Source of the DNA: Raillietiella orientalis
Lineage: Eukaryota
DNA length: 64,000 nt
Assembly: GCA_036172245.1 (NCBI GenBank)
Contig: JAYWIR010000010.1
Coordinates: forward strand, 2,728,001 to 2,792,000
Reading direction: 5' to 3'
The notes below the pieces were generated by a model that saw only the letters and a program-made list of their open reading frames with translations, was not told the origin of the DNA and ran no database searches. The position numbers and the translations under genes are program-made. Shown piece after piece: positions 62,531 to 64,000 of this stretch. Position 1 is the stretch's first letter, and every line of letters begins with the position of its first letter.

Positions 62531-64000
62531 TCGCTCCCGGTCGGTCTGTTGGAGAACAGCCTTCTCAGCTGTCGGGAAGTTGAACTTTGTGGAAGCGGGG
62601 AAATTCGGCTTGCCGAAACTTTGGCGCGGAGGAAGGGGGGAGGAGGGGGGGATGTTTTCGGATTCCGGGCCCTCTCAATTTTTGCCATTTTTTCATACGA
62701 CGTAATTTGTGACGAAGCTAACGGCGAATTTTGTGTGTTTTTGTGTGGCGGTGATCAAATTATCAGTATGGCCTCTGGTTCGATGGTCGTAACTACCACC
62801 GTCTCTTTCAAGAGTTGACCACGACAGAAGAACAGAGAAAAAAAAATCCCCCCCCCCTTTTTCCTCCCCTCACGAAAAGCTGTCAGGAGGGAAAGCTTTT
62901 TCGGACAGATTCTGCCATAGATTTCGTGGTCTCCGAGGCAACCAAGCAGCCCGTTTCGGAAATCATCATCGCCGATGGAACCGATTCCCTCCCAATAGCA
63001 AAAGAACCCCTTCGAGGAGATGAGAGTCTCGCAGCCTCTTCAGATGAGACGTGATAAATCTCTCAAGCAGTCGTCGGAGGAATCCCTGAGTTCGGCGAAC
63101 CTGCGACAGAAAGGCTTTGCCGCTGCCATTCGCTGATTCTCACCAGGAATTCAGATGAGGGCAGCGATCAGCATCTCTCACGGGAGAGCTGGATTCGTTC
63201 TTTGCCTCATCCGAAAAGCACTCATCGTCAGAGCGGAAAGAGAGGATGTGTGGGGGGGGGGGAGTTTATTTTTTCCACAGTGAGGACAGAGTTAAGATGT
63301 AGAGCGGGAACGAAGTTCCCGCCAAATTCCTCACCGGTTCCGGCCTCAGTCCGCATCGTGCAGGAGGGTTAGTCTGGACGCGCAAAGGAAAGGTAGGAAG
63401 AAGCCATCGGTCTCCAAGCCTTCACGCTCTCGGCGGGAGTCTCTCGCAGGCTGGTGGAGGTGGGGCCGCTTCCTCAACCTCCACAGCATCGAGCCAACTA
63501 AGGGCATGGCCTCGCGATTCCGCTGGTCCTTCTCCATCCCAGGCGCGGCCAACGCGGTTTCAAGAACGAGGCTCGGAGTCGTCATGGCTGTGGGCAACTC
63601 TCCTGAGGGAGTGAAGACCCCCCTGGAGCGCCCTTGGGTCATCCGAGGCGAGCGACACCTGATGTATGTCTGAGAGAGAGAGAGAGAGATTGCCCACCGC
63701 ACAGGGATCTCCAGCACAAGAGGAGCGTGCTGAGGTCTCAAAGGGAAGTCGCGCAGAACCGCTGCCGCGCGAAAGCGAGGCGTGAGGGAAGGGAACGAGT
63801 GACCCTCGAGACCTGGAAGCCTCGTCAGCGCCCTCACGCAGCCATCCACGGCAGGGTAGTCGCGACGGCCAGCTGAGGACCCTCTCCGCCGGCGCCGCCG
63901 AGAAGGCGCTCGGATGCTTCTGCTTGGGGAAGACACGTCGCGCCAACCCGAACGGCCGGCCACCCTACTCCCTCTCCCGGAGGGGGTCCCGCCTGCTACC

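Overview
Eukaryotic genomic DNA, most likely from an arthropod or other protostome invertebrate. I found no prokaryotic features, CRISPR array, rRNA, intact tRNA or autonomous transposon. Three protein-coding genes are well supported and form a tight cluster. (1) An intronless divergent ionotropic receptor (IR/iGluR family; minus strand, 23067-24926). (2) Kaptin/KPTN (plus strand, 5 exons, 26502-27952). (3) A WDR62/MAPKBP1 orthologue (minus strand, at least 15 frame-consistent exons, 27986-39585; start exon uncertain). KPTN and WDR62 converge with only 33 bp between their stop codons, and most introns are only 42-54 nt. Base composition is a sharp mosaic: GC/CpG-rich blocks with no recognisable gene (about 1-23 kb, 51-57 kb, 61-64 kb, where most ORF-track calls look spurious), a CpG-depleted block over KPTN, and a second CpG-depleted island at about 47.7-48.6 kb with no visible gene. 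Non-coding structure includes a 55-bp x5 minisatellite carrying Doublesex/DMRT-like and STAT-like palindromes, an 89-bp x2.9 minisatellite, a 92-bp-arm foldback element, a MITE-like element and two long hairpins. I could not demonstrate a new biological system; the findings are leads, and all counts were made by eye.
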